Shown here piece by piece: positions 18,390 through 27,778 of a stretch of 51,436 nucleotides of DNA. The notes under the pieces are model-generated. The model was not told the origin of the DNA. It did not search any database and saw only the letters and a program-made list of their open reading frames with translations. Both the position numbers and the translations under genes were made by a program. Location of the stretch: assembly GCA_023133415.1 (NCBI GenBank), contig JAGLWM010000006.1, positions 1 through 51,436 on the forward strand. Direction: 5' to 3'. The DNA is from Candidatus Pacearchaeota archaeon. Lineage in GTDB: Archaea > Nanobdellota > Nanobdellia > Pacearchaeales > GW2011-AR1. The stretch's first letter is position 1; every line of letters starts with the position of its first letter.

Positions 18390-18441
18390 AAAAATAAATC
18401 TATCTTCTAAAATATATATCAGTTAAATACAAACTCGCTTC
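18390..18441 (+). repeat. 52-bp direct repeat, copy 1 (duplicate of truB 3' end and downstream DNA)
   Basis: Identical to 20027-20078. Confidence 0.92.
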
Positions 18442-18469
18442 GTACAAGGATGTCAGGAGAATATCCCTG

Positions 18470-18961
18470 TTAATCTTTTTTTAACGAACTTTCCAAGATT
18501 TCAGAAGCAGCCTGCTCAATTTTTCCAACAAGGTCTTTGGGACTTTTTTCTGAATTTTCTGTTAGCGGGAAATAAAGAATATAATGTTGGGGACAGTTCT
18601 GTGTCTTATACTTTCCTCCTTGGGATGCAATATAACCCTCTTCTCTGCTTTCTTTCCCATAACGACGCCAAGTAAGTTGGAGTTTTTTTGCCAGTCTATC
18701 TGCGAAAGTATCAGCATTTAATTGACTTTTTTGGCTTTTCACAATAATATTTATTTTAGTCCATACTGCAGGCGCACTATATGTTTTATCAAGTTCTAAT
18801 AATACATTTTCAAAATTGTTTTTAGTTTCTTCATCTTTTTGTTTTTGTTCTTCTTTTTTTTGCCTTTCTTCAAGGTCAGAACTATAACCACCACATCCAG
18901 TATAGTTATTCATTCTTTGGCATTGTTCTACCATCCAAACATTTTCACTTGTATGACTCAT
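18470..18961 (-). CDS. Hypothetical protein
   Basis: 163-aa ORF divergent from the Lrp gene. Confidence 0.65.
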   Translation of the reverse strand: MSHTSENVWMVEQCQRMNNYTGCGGYSSDLEERQKKEEQKQKDEETKNNFENVLLELDKTYSAPAVWTKINIIVKSQKSQLNADTFADRLAKKLQLTWRRYGKESREEGYIASQGGKYKTQNCPQHYILYFPLTENSEKSPKDLVGKIEQAASEILESSLKKD

Positions 18962-19055
18962 ACTATTTTATAGGAATAACATGTATTTATTACTTTCGCT
19001 TGAAAAACAGTATAAAACAGTAAAATTTATAAAATACATACTACAATACATCACT

Positions 19056-20027
19056 ATGACAAATTTAACTTTAAGAGATTATAAAATCCTTGCGGAATTA
19101 GATAAAAATGCAAAAGCATCATTTAATCAGATTGGAAGAAAACTTAGACTATCTTCTTCGGTCGTAGAAAGAAGGATAAAAAATCTTTTGCAGAAAGGAA
19201 TAATTAAAGAATTCAAAACAATTATTAATTATAAAAAATTAGGCTGGACATATTATGGTATTTATGTTAGATTACAAAACATTACAAAAAACAAAAGAAT
19301 TGAAATTTTAAATTATCTTGAAAGACACCCACTATCTGGTCAGATATTGCAGTGTGATGGCAGGTGGCATTTGATTTATGGCTTTTTTGTAAAAGACATT
19401 TTCCAATTGGACAAAGAATTAAAAAAATTTGAAAATAAATTTGGGGAATATGTAAAAGAAACAGAAAAAATTGTTCACATTGGAAGTCATCATTATCGCA
19501 GAGGGTATTTACTTGACAAAAAATCTCCTTACTTGAAAGAACCTTTTTTAGGAGGATATGAGATTTTTGCGAAGTTGGATAAAGCAAGTTTTGAACTATT
19601 GAATTTTATAAGATCGCATGCGAGAGTAAATATTATTGAGATGTCTGAAAAATTAAAGGTGAGTGTAGACCAAATTAGATATAAGATAAAAAGATTAACT
19701 GAGAAAAATATTATTCTTGGACATTGGCTTCATCTTAATCCTGAAAAATTTGGGTTGCACTTTTATAGAGTTTTATTGAAATTAAAAAATTTGAACGAGA
19801 AAAATGAGGCGTCTTTACTTAGATATTTAAATTATGAAAAAAATGTTATAAGAGCCAATAAGGTTTTCGGCTCATGGGATTATTTTGTTGATTTAGAAAT
19901 AAACACAAAAGACTTTAGAAAATTTATGGATGAATTTACAAAAATATTTTCCAACAATATTCAGGAATATGAAATATTAATTATTTACGACGAAGTTAAG
20001 TTTACTTTTAGTCCTGTGTTTTATTGA
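19056..20027 (+). CDS. Tandem (double) Lrp/AsnC-family regulator
   Basis: Two HTH+RAM units (DYKILAELDKNAKAS.. and LLNFIRSHAR..; GRWHL and GSWDY); start placed at ATG 19056. Confidence 0.9.
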   Translation: MTNLTLRDYKILAELDKNAKASFNQIGRKLRLSSSVVERRIKNLLQKGIIKEFKTIINYKKLGWTYYGIYVRLQNITKNKRIEILNYLERHPLSGQILQCDGRWHLIYGFFVKDIFQLDKELKKFENKFGEYVKETEKIVHIGSHHYRRGYLLDKKSPYLKEPFLGGYEIFAKLDKASFELLNFIRSHARVNIIEMSEKLKVSVDQIRYKIKRLTEKNIILGHWLHLNPEKFGLHFYRVLLKLKNLNEKNEASLLRYLNYEKNVIRANKVFGSWDYFVDLEINTKDFRKFMDEFTKIFSNNIQEYEILIIYDEVKFTFSPVFY

Positions 20028-20078
20028 AAAATAAATCTATCTTCTAAAATATATATCAGTTAAATACAAACTCGCTTC
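20027..20078 (+). repeat. 52-bp direct repeat, copy 2
   Basis: Identical to 18390-18441; includes the last truB codons (SEFVFN*). Confidence 0.92.
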
Positions 20079-20940
20079 TGCCGAAAATTATCTCTTCAGT
20101 CGTTCTCCGATAAATTCCTACAAACTGCTTCCCACAAAACACTGCAAACCTATCATCAGTTTTAATTCCTTTAACGTTGCTGGTGATATTATCTCTAAAC
20201 AACGGTCTTCCAATATGAAGTGATTTAATCGCCTTTTTTTCAACCTCAACAACAGGCAAAACTTTCCGAATAGCATCTTCAGCAGGAACAACCATTCTTC
20301 TCAAATCCCCTTCATCTCCATTTTTCCACCTATCAACAGCAGATTCAAAATTATCTAGACTAACCAAATCACTCTCATCAAAAATCCCAGCCTCAATCCT
20401 TCTCAACTCTCCCATATGCGCCCCGCCAATCATCTCACCCAAATCAGAACAAAGCTTCCTAACATAAGTCCCACCCTCAACCCGACACTCAAATAAAAAA
20501 GACCTACCCTTGTTACCCAAGTCTTCCTCTTCTGATTCCTGACACCTACCACCTGACACCTCGAGAAGTTTCCAGTAGTAAACTTCTCGTTCCCTCTCTT
20601 CTCTCTTAACAGCCGCTCGATGTGGCGGCGTCTGCTTAATCTTTCCAACAAAATTCGCATCAATCAACTTTTGCAACTCCTCTAAATCACACCCCTGATG
20701 CGTCTCCAAAATCCCAACATAACTCTTATCATGCCGAATAAAATAACCAGCCAACTTACAAGCCCGCCCCAAAGTAATCGGCAAAACTCCAGTCACCTTC
20801 GGATCAAGCGTTCCCATATGCGACGTCTTCTTCAACCCCAACGCCCTCTTTACAAACTCACTCACCGAATACGACGTCGGCCCCGCTGGCTTATCAATAT
20901 TAATCAAACCAAAATTCAATAAATCATTCATATCTTTCAT
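20056..20940 (-). CDS. truB: Pseudouridine synthase Cbf5/TruB
   Basis: IDKPAGPTS, HMGTLDPKVTG, GTYVRKL, MGELRR, PUA domain. Confidence 0.95.
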   Translation of the reverse strand: MKDMNDLLNFGLINIDKPAGPTSYSVSEFVKRALGLKKTSHMGTLDPKVTGVLPITLGRACKLAGYFIRHDKSYVGILETHQGCDLEELQKLIDANFVGKIKQTPPHRAAVKREEREREVYYWKLLEVSGGRCQESEEEDLGNKGRSFLFECRVEGGTYVRKLCSDLGEMIGGAHMGELRRIEAGIFDESDLVSLDNFESAVDRWKNGDEGDLRRMVVPAEDAIRKVLPVVEVEKKAIKSLHIGRPLFRDNITSNVKGIKTDDRFAVFCGKQFVGIYRRTTEEIIFGRSEFVFN

Positions 20941-21641
20941 ATATTACCCAATAACCACTTCTTTCTTAAATCTTCCTCAAACCTTTCAATCGCATACCGC
21001 AAAGTCGTCCGCGGCAACTCATCATAATTCGCCCTCAAAAAATCTTCCAACACTCCACTGTCCTTCTTTCCAACTTCTCTCAACATCCACCCCACAGCCT
21101 TATGAATCAAATCCTCCGAATCCCCAAGCAAGCTCTTCGAAATTCTCAACGTATCATCCAACTCCCCTCTCCTAATAAACGCAAACGTCGACACAATCCC
21201 AATCCGCCTCTCCCATAAATTCTCCGAAACAGCCAACCTATGCAAAACACTCCTATCTTCCCTATCTAACAACCAATTCCCAACAATTTTCCACGCCGAC
21301 AGATCAACCAAATCCCAATTATTAACAAGCTTCGCATTCTCCAAATAAAAATTAAACAAATTTTCTCTATCTCCCTTGTGTCCGCGATTATACTTCTCAA
21401 CCAAAATTAACAACGCAACCAGCCTCTTATCATGGATATCAGAACGAAGCAACTTTTCAACTCCAGAAATATCAATTCTCCTCCAATGCTTCTTTGCAAT
21501 CCGCCTCAATTCCCCATTACGAATTCCCAAAAAAATATCCCCCTCGCCATAATCTCCTTTCCCCGTCCTAAAAAAACTCGCAGAAATCTTCGCCCTCCCA
21601 CAATTCGCAACCTTTTCCAAATCCTTATTAATTAATTCCAT
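20937..21641 (-). CDS. DNA alkylation repair protein (AlkD-like)
   Basis: NNWDLVD, LWERR, KAVGWMLRE, RTTLRYAIE. Confidence 0.9.
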   Translation of the reverse strand: MELINKDLEKVANCGRAKISASFFRTGKGDYGEGDIFLGIRNGELRRIAKKHWRRIDISGVEKLLRSDIHDKRLVALLILVEKYNRGHKGDRENLFNFYLENAKLVNNWDLVDLSAWKIVGNWLLDREDRSVLHRLAVSENLWERRIGIVSTFAFIRRGELDDTLRISKSLLGDSEDLIHKAVGWMLREVGKKDSGVLEDFLRANYDELPRTTLRYAIERFEEDLRKKWLLGNI

Positions 21642-21719
21642 AAATCAAACACATCGACCCAAAGTTAAAAAACTATCTCAAATTATTTACCAAATTTCTT
21701 ATAATAAAATCCCTAATCC

Positions 21720-22478
21720 CTACTTCTTCAAACTTTTCCGAACAGGAGTCGTCTTCTTCAGATGCTTTCCTTCAGCCGTATGCTTCAACTCCTTAGCCTT
21801 CCCTTTCGCAACCATAGCCGCCTTCTCAGCCTCAGCTTTCTCATCTTCCTTCTCCTCAACCTTATCATCAACCCCATCCTTATCCTTATCCGCAACCTCT
21901 TCTTTCTTAACAGCCTTAACATCCTTCTTCCCACCCTCAGCTATAGCTTTCATTTTAGCCTCTCGAGCCATCTTAAACCTCACAACTTCAGGAACATCAG
22001 CCAATTCAACATAAACAATCTCACCAACCTTCTTCGCTAAAACCTTAATCTTATTCAAAGGTTTCTTAATTCCCCTAAACCAAATCTCATTATTCAAATG
22101 AATATCAACCTTAACCTTTCTCAAATCCCCATCCCGAACATTCATATGCCTCACCATAAACTCCTTCAAAACTTTTACAGCCTTCTTCGCCCTACGATAC
22201 TGCGGAACATTTAAACTTCCCTTCCTCAACGGCACAACATATTCCCTTTCAAGCTCAACCTTCTTCTCCTTTTCCTTTTTCTTCTCAACTTTAGCAATCG
22301 CAGGCTTAGATTCTTTTTTCACCTCTTCAACTTTTTTAACATCCCCAATTTTCTCAGTTGCACCAATCCCTGACTCCTGACTCCTGACATCTGACTTCTT
22401 GTTTTCAATCCCAACTTTCTCAGTTGCACCAATCCCTGACTCCTGACTCCTGACATCTGACTTCTTGTTTTCAACCAT
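21720..22478 (-). CDS. rpl31e: Ribosomal protein eL31 with long N- and C-terminal extensions
   Basis: EREYVVPL..RRAKKAV..LNNEIWFRGI core. Confidence 0.92.
   Translation of the reverse strand: MVENKKSDVRSQESGIGATEKVGIENKKSDVRSQESGIGATEKIGDVKKVEEVKKESKPAIAKVEKKKEKEKKVELEREYVVPLRKGSLNVPQYRRAKKAVKVLKEFMVRHMNVRDGDLRKVKVDIHLNNEIWFRGIKKPLNKIKVLAKKVGEIVYVELADVPEVVRFKMAREAKMKAIAEGGKKDVKAVKKEEVADKDKDGVDDKVEEKEDEKAEAEKAAMVAKGKAKELKHTAEGKHLKKTTPVRKSLKK
22350..22474. repeat. 59-bp identical direct repeat (66-bp period) within rpl31e N-terminus
   Basis: 22350-22408 = 22416-22474; encodes ENKKSDVRSQESGIGATEK twice. Confidence 0.92.
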
Positions 22479-22693
22479 TATCCTAAATGCTTCTTAGCCA
22501 TCTTCCTCGGTTTAATTTTCAAACTCGTCCTACTCCAACTTCTCTTAATATGCGTAATCTTCGATGGATGAATTTTCTTTCCCTTCCCAAACTTCTTTAT
22601 CACGGTCCAAAACGGCGCCCACTTTGTCTGCCTCTTCGCTTTATCCAAATGCCTTTTCTTACTACTCGCAGCCTTAGCTTTTCTACTTACCAT
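22478..22693 (-). CDS. rpl39e: Ribosomal protein eL39
   Basis: KRQTKWAPFW..KRSWSRTSLK; upstream of rpl31e as usual in archaea. Confidence 0.85.
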   Translation of the reverse strand: MVSRKAKAASSKKRHLDKAKRQTKWAPFWTVIKKFGKGKKIHPSKITHIKRSWSRTSLKIKPRKMAKKHLG

Positions 22694-23288
22694 CCTTCTC
22701 TACCTCTTCATCTTTAACTTTAACATTTTCCTTCTCTACCTCTTCCTCAACTTCCTTCTCTACCTCTTCGTTCTCCTCAACCTTATCCTCTCCCTCTACC
22801 ACAGGCTGTTCACCATAGACTGTTTTAACAATCCAATCTTCACTATTAATTGCAAGCTGTTTGCCATCCTCAACATCAATCGAATCCAAAAAATCTCGTC
22901 CCTGCTGCGTCAACCTTCTCCCATGCTGCATTCTCATAATCTTCTCAACTAAACCTGCCGCTTCAGCCTGCTGCAAAATAACTCGAATTATCTTTCCACC
23001 CGACTTGAAAAACTTATCTGGCTTACCGCCACGATCCTTTCGCGAACCATACCGAGTTCTCAACTTCCCAACACCAACAACACCCCTAATATACAACTGC
23101 CTCAAAACACTAGCCGCACGAACATACCAAAAATCCTCACTCATAGGTGGCCTCTCTCTCGAAACTCCACTCTTAACATACATCGCCCACTCAGGAACCA
23201 CAAACTCAGGCACACTCTTCAAAGCCTCAGCCAAAGCTGAAACATACTTTTCCGGATTCTGCGCAAATATCGTTTTTGCCATTTTCAT
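22683..23288 (-). CDS. rps19e: Ribosomal protein eS19 with acidic tail
   Basis: PEWAMYVKSG..FWYVRAASVLRQLY..YGSRKDRG. Confidence 0.95.
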   Translation of the reverse strand: MKMAKTIFAQNPEKYVSALAEALKSVPEFVVPEWAMYVKSGVSRERPPMSEDFWYVRAASVLRQLYIRGVVGVGKLRTRYGSRKDRGGKPDKFFKSGGKIIRVILQQAEAAGLVEKIMRMQHGRRLTQQGRDFLDSIDVEDGKQLAINSEDWIVKTVYGEQPVVEGEDKVEENEEVEKEVEEEVEKENVKVKDEEVEKDGK

Positions 23289-23379
23289 TTTCAGGCTCTT
23301 CTCTCGAAGATAGATAAGCTCATGCTCATTAACCTAATATTCTGTTAGAAATTTGATTTATAAACTTACCGCTGATTCT

Positions 23380-23682
23380 TTAAGAATTGTAAAGCATATC
23401 TTCCAATTCTCTTATCCTTGCCTTAGCTAATGCCCACCCAAATTCTTTTATAGGCACAAAAGGATTTTCTGTTTCATAATCAATTCCTCTAAGATTAAAA
23501 TAACACAATCTAATTTCTGTAATGCTGGCGGTTGCCCAGTTACTCATTATTCCTCTATTAAGAAAAATATGATTTTCTCCAATAATAACATCATGTTCAT
23601 CAACACCATTCACGGATTTATGGATTCGAATATTCCCATCATTATGTAATTTCTTGCCCCCTAAAATATAATCATCAACCAT
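23380..23682 (-). CDS. Hypothetical protein
   Basis: ORF with a TATA-like tract about 25 nt upstream of ATG 23682. Confidence 0.55.
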   Translation of the reverse strand: MVDDYILGGKKLHNDGNIRIHKSVNGVDEHDVIIGENHIFLNRGIMSNWATASITEIRLCYFNLRGIDYETENPFVPIKEFGWALAKARIRELEDMLYNS

Positions 23683-23762
23683 AACATCAAATATCAAAAC
23701 TCATTTATAAAAATTTATATTCTGCAAAACTACCTTTGCGCCTTCCGGTTATTACATCTACC

Positions 23763-23783
23763 ACAATTGTTCCAAGCATTTTA
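23763..23783 (+). repeat. 21-bp direct repeat, copy 1
   Basis: ACAATTGTTCCAAGCATTTTA; 20/21 identical to 26165-26185. Confidence 0.8.
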
Positions 23784-24055
23784 AGTTATTGAAGAAATTA
23801 TTAAATTTGTAAAAATCACCCAACCCCATGAGAAACTAGCAACTCTTTCCCAACTTCAAAATATCCCATCCTTTACCTCAATTTTATCCTGTTTTCTAGA
23901 TAATGTTTCCGTAGGCTTTGTATGAGCTTGCAACCTTTGTTTCGATTTATATATTTTTTGAGCTTATTTGGAGAGTAAGCCAAAGCCAAAAAATAGTAAA
24001 TATTTATATAGGACCGAGCCCGATATTAAGCAATTAAAAGGAGGCAAAAAAAAGA

Positions 24056-24364
24056 ATGAAGACTATACAAAGTTTGGTAAGAAATAGCTTACTAATAGGT
24101 TTTGGAACCGCAGCACTCACAAAAGAAAAAGCTGAAAAGTTTGTAAAAGAAATAACGAAGAATCAAAAAATCAATTCAACAGAAGGGAAAAAATTGGTTA
24201 ATGATTTATTGATTCAATCAAAGAAGCAAGGAGAAAAATTACAAACAATAGTTAACAAAGAAGTTCAGCGAACAATAAATAAAATTGGTATTGCAACAAA
24301 AAAAGATCTAAAAGTTTTAGAGAAAAAAATAAGTAACTTATCCAAGAAGAAAAAGAAAAGATAA
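24056..24364 (+). CDS. Phasin-like protein (PHA-granule-associated family)
   Basis: LIGFGTAALTKEKAEKFVKE..EGKKLVNDL..GIATKKDLKVLEKKI; AGGAGG RBS; type often found next to ABC1/UbiB genes. Confidence 0.75.
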   Translation: MKTIQSLVRNSLLIGFGTAALTKEKAEKFVKEITKNQKINSTEGKKLVNDLLIQSKKQGEKLQTIVNKEVQRTINKIGIATKKDLKVLEKKISNLSKKKKKR

Positions 24365-24445
24365 ATTATCCAAAAAGACTATAAGGCCGGTTAATAAAGA
24401 TTTATCAGAGGTAGCTATAAATTAAATATATAACGAATAGAAAAT

Positions 24446-26125
24446 ATGGTTTTTAATAAATTCAATGGACTTACGGATATTAAGAGGCTGAAACGAATAA
24501 TCTCTGTATTAACCGGGCAAGGTTTTGGTTATTTTATTGAAGAATTAGATCTCAAGCATTATATTCCCTTTAGTGAACGAACAAAACTGAAAAAAGCAAA
24601 AAGAGAAAAAAAATCAGCACCACTAAGATTAAGACTGGCATTTGAGGAACTTGGTCCAACATTTGTTAAGTTTGGTCAATTAATGAGCACACGACCAGAC
24701 CTTTTGCCAGAAGAATTTATTACAGAGTTAAGCAAACTACAAGATAAAGTTCCCTCCTTTAGTCACAGACAGGTAAAAGAACAAATTGAAAAAGAATTAG
24801 GCAAACCAATAAATCATATTTTTTCTTATTTCAGCAAAGATCCAATAGCTTCAGCATCTATAGGTCAGGTTCATAAAGCAAAACTAAAGAATGGGAAAAA
24901 AGTGGCCGTAAAAATTCAAAGACCAAATATAGAAAAAACTATTGATGAGGATTTGGATATCCTAACATTTTTTGCAAATCTCATAGATAAATATATTCCT
25001 AGCCTCGAAATTTATAACCCCAAAGGTCTTGTAGAAGAATTTGAAAAAACAATTAAAAAAGAATTAAATTACGAAATTGAAGGAAATAATATTTTAAGAT
25101 TTCATCAAAATTTTAAAGATAGTGAAACAGTTGTCGTCCCAAAAATTTATCAGGATTACTCAACAAAAAAAATTCTTACCATGAGTTTTATAGAAGGAAC
25201 TAAAATAAGTGAACTCTGGAGAATTAAAGGAAAATGGCTAAACAAAAAAACCATAGCTCAAAATGGTATAGATGCCTTTTTTAAGCAAATATTAATATAT
25301 GGATTTTTCCATGCAGATCCTCATCCCGGAAATATTTTCGTATTAAAAAATAACGTCCTTGCCTTTTTAGATTTTGGAATGATGGGACATGTTGACAAAG
25401 AGTTAATGCAAAAACTAACTAATTTATTTACAGCAACTATCAATAAAGATATAGATAAAATTGTTGAGGAATTTGTAAATCTTAGTTTAGTTGGTGGTGA
25501 GATTGATGCCGAATCATTTAAATCTGATGTCTCGGATATTGTTGACGAATATTATGGGATTTCTCTTAAAAAAATAGAAATGGGCAAAATGATTAATCAG
25601 ATAATAAGTATTGGTGGCAAATACCATATAATCTTTCCTGCAAATTTTGTACTATTGATTAAAGCATTAACTACTATAGAAAGTATAGGTGCAAAACTGG
25701 ACCCAGATTTTAATATAATGGAAGCTTCGAAACCATTTATTAAAAAAATAGCAAAAAGAAAAATGAGTCCAAAATATATATTTAATAATTTTGTAGAAAA
25801 TTTATCTAAGACTAAGGATTCTATGATTGTCTTGCCTCAGAAGATTAATGCTATTCTTAACGAACTACAAAGTGGCAAATTAAAAACAAAAATAGAACAA
25901 GAAGAATTTGAAGAATTAGAATCTAGAATTGATAAATCAAGTAGCAAGATTTCAATTAGTTTGATAACAGCCGCAATTATTATAAGTTCAACAGTAATTC
26001 TACAAATTGATAAGGGACCCTCTCTTTTTGGAATTTCCATTTTTGCACTAATCGGTTTTTCAATTGCCGCATTTTTAATAGTATGGTTAATATTTTCTAT
26101 AATAATTTCCAAGATATTTGGATAA
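24446..26125 (+). CDS. ABC1/UbiB(AarF)-family atypical kinase
   Basis: LGPTFVKFGQ, ASASIGQVH, VAVKIQRP, FFHADPHPGN, LDFGM; two C-terminal TMs. Confidence 0.95.
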   Translation: MVFNKFNGLTDIKRLKRIISVLTGQGFGYFIEELDLKHYIPFSERTKLKKAKREKKSAPLRLRLAFEELGPTFVKFGQLMSTRPDLLPEEFITELSKLQDKVPSFSHRQVKEQIEKELGKPINHIFSYFSKDPIASASIGQVHKAKLKNGKKVAVKIQRPNIEKTIDEDLDILTFFANLIDKYIPSLEIYNPKGLVEEFEKTIKKELNYEIEGNNILRFHQNFKDSETVVVPKIYQDYSTKKILTMSFIEGTKISELWRIKGKWLNKKTIAQNGIDAFFKQILIYGFFHADPHPGNIFVLKNNVLAFLDFGMMGHVDKELMQKLTNLFTATINKDIDKIVEEFVNLSLVGGEIDAESFKSDVSDIVDEYYGISLKKIEMGKMINQIISIGGKYHIIFPANFVLLIKALTTIESIGAKLDPDFNIMEASKPFIKKIAKRKMSPKYIFNNFVENLSKTKDSMIVLPQKINAILNELQSGKLKTKIEQEEFEELESRIDKSSSKISISLITAAIIISSTVILQIDKGPSLFGISIFALIGFSIAAFLIVWLIFSIIISKIFG

Positions 26126-26164
26126 TTGGGGCTTTATGAGTCTAGGAGTAAATTGTCAGCCATT

Positions 26165-26185
26165 ACAATTGTCCCAAGCATTTTA
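26165..26185 (+). repeat. 21-bp direct repeat, copy 2
   Basis: ACAATTGTCCCAAGCATTTTA. Confidence 0.8.
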
Positions 26186-26260
26186 GTTTTAGTTGAAAAA
26201 GATAAAATTAAAAATTTAAACCACAGAAAAGATTAAATATTAAAAAAATTTATAATTTAG

Positions 26261-26932
26261 ATGTGTTTCACACCATATATTTCACTTTCAACGTTTGTTA
26301 TAGAATTTGTATTAGCTATATTCTTTTTAGCAAAAAATCCTAAAGACAACCTGAACAGAATTATTTCCTTAATTTCTTTTTTGTTAGGAGTTTACCAGCT
26401 TAATGAATTTTTTATTTGTGTTACAGATATTAGTCTATTTACTAAATTTGCAATGATGACTACTACAATTCTTCCAGCCCTAGCAATATCATATGCATTA
26501 ATTATATTCAGGAAAAAAATAAAAATTTATTGGCATATGCTCATATACATACCATCGATATTTTTTATTTTAATGTTTGCACTTTCTAATTATTTTAAGC
26601 AATCTGCCATTTGTGCGACCGTTTTTATAGAATACCCTGCAATGGGATTATTAGGAAAGTTTTTTGGACTATATTATATTCTGTATTTGGTTGTAGCGAT
26701 TATTTTATTTTATCTTGCTTCATTTAAAGCAAAATCAAAACACGAAAGAACTTTATCAGTATTAGGAGTGATGGGAATTTTTATATCTACTTTGCCTACT
26801 TTTATATTCTTATTATTCCTTCCAGCTTTACATATCAAATTTCCCAGTGTCCTTTGTGAATTTGCATTACTTCTTGCAATTGAATTCATAATTGTCTTAT
26901 GGTATAAAGACAAACATAAATTACATTATTAA
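26261..26932 (+). CDS. Polytopic (~7 TM) membrane protein
   Basis: Alternating hydrophobic segments; MCF start, YQLNEF and FPSVLC motifs. Confidence 0.75.
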   Translation: MCFTPYISLSTFVIEFVLAIFFLAKNPKDNLNRIISLISFLLGVYQLNEFFICVTDISLFTKFAMMTTTILPALAISYALIIFRKKIKIYWHMLIYIPSIFFILMFALSNYFKQSAICATVFIEYPAMGLLGKFFGLYYILYLVVAIILFYLASFKAKSKHERTLSVLGVMGIFISTLPTFIFLLFLPALHIKFPSVLCEFALLLAIEFIIVLWYKDKHKLHY

Positions 26933-27003
26933 TTTTGGAATTAATTTGAATCAATAAAAAGATTTAAATACTTTTTATGTTTTACATTTTAGTAAAAAGT
27001 AAA

Positions 27004-27531
27004 ATGGAAAAAAAGAGTGAAACAAATACAAAGAAAATATTATCCTCATTCGGGAGAATATCAAAACAATGGGGATTGGGAGAGTCTGTTGGAAGGGTAT
27101 GGGGTTTTTTATTGTTTAAATCAATACCAATAACACAAAAAGAAATAGAGAAGGGCACAAGTTATAGTCGAGGATTAGTCAGCAGAAGTTTAAACAAATT
27201 AAAAGATTTGGATATAATCTCCGCAACAAGAAAGGGTAAGGAATTTTATTATTCTACTAATGCATCTTTAATTAAAGGATTCAATAAGGTAACAAAAAAT
27301 TTTCTTGAAACTGAAATAAAACCATTAATTGAATCTTTATCTAAAAATTTAGATGAAATAAAAGATATTACTATTAAAAAAAATATTAGTAGAATGATAA
27401 ATGAATATAAAAAATTAAATTTAGGAATTTTAATATTTTCGAAAACCATGGAAAGTCTTGCTTTATTGAACACGAAAAGTCTTACAGAAATTACTAAAAA
27501 ATATTCAAAAAAAAGAGAAGGAGGTGAATAA
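27004..27531 (+). CDS. GbsR/MarR-family regulator
   Basis: WGLGESVGRVWGFL..PITQKEI..SRGLVSRSL. Confidence 0.85.
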   Translation: MEKKSETNTKKILSSFGRISKQWGLGESVGRVWGFLLFKSIPITQKEIEKGTSYSRGLVSRSLNKLKDLDIISATRKGKEFYYSTNASLIKGFNKVTKNFLETEIKPLIESLSKNLDEIKDITIKKNISRMINEYKKLNLGILIFSKTMESLALLNTKSLTEITKKYSKKREGGE

Positions 27532-27533
27532 AA

Positions 27534-27659
27534 ATGGTTGTACCTGAAATAGCTGGAGTAGGTTTAACTAATCCTTGGGCAATAGGTGTAGCAGTTGTTG
27601 TGGTTGTAGCAATTGCTGCCGGAGTACTTTGGTGGCTACGTAAAGAAGGAAAGATTTAA
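27534..27659 (+). CDS. 41-aa single-pass membrane microprotein (not in ORF track)
   Basis: MVVPEIAGVGLTNPWAIGVAVVVVVAIAAGVLWWLRKEGKI; strong AGGAGGTG RBS; followed by T-rich tract. Confidence 0.75.
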   Translation: MVVPEIAGVGLTNPWAIGVAVVVVVAIAAGVLWWLRKEGKI

Positions 27660-27778
27660 ATCTATATTAACAATTTTATTTTTTTATTTTTTTATTTAAA
27701 TGGGATGACAGGTATTTACGATATGCTTGCACAGGCGGTTATTATTAAAACCAGTAATTACACAAAGGAAGATAAAGA

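Noticed and set aside
16863-18410. Long + strand ORFs antisense to mcm (and similar ones opposite lig, metG and tad genes)
   Set aside because: No motifs; explained by biased codon usage of the real genes.
23366-23384. Possible relic yhbY 3' end (KNQR*) at the left border of the lipid island
   Set aside because: Similarity to the real end (KAQR*) is too short to distinguish from chance.
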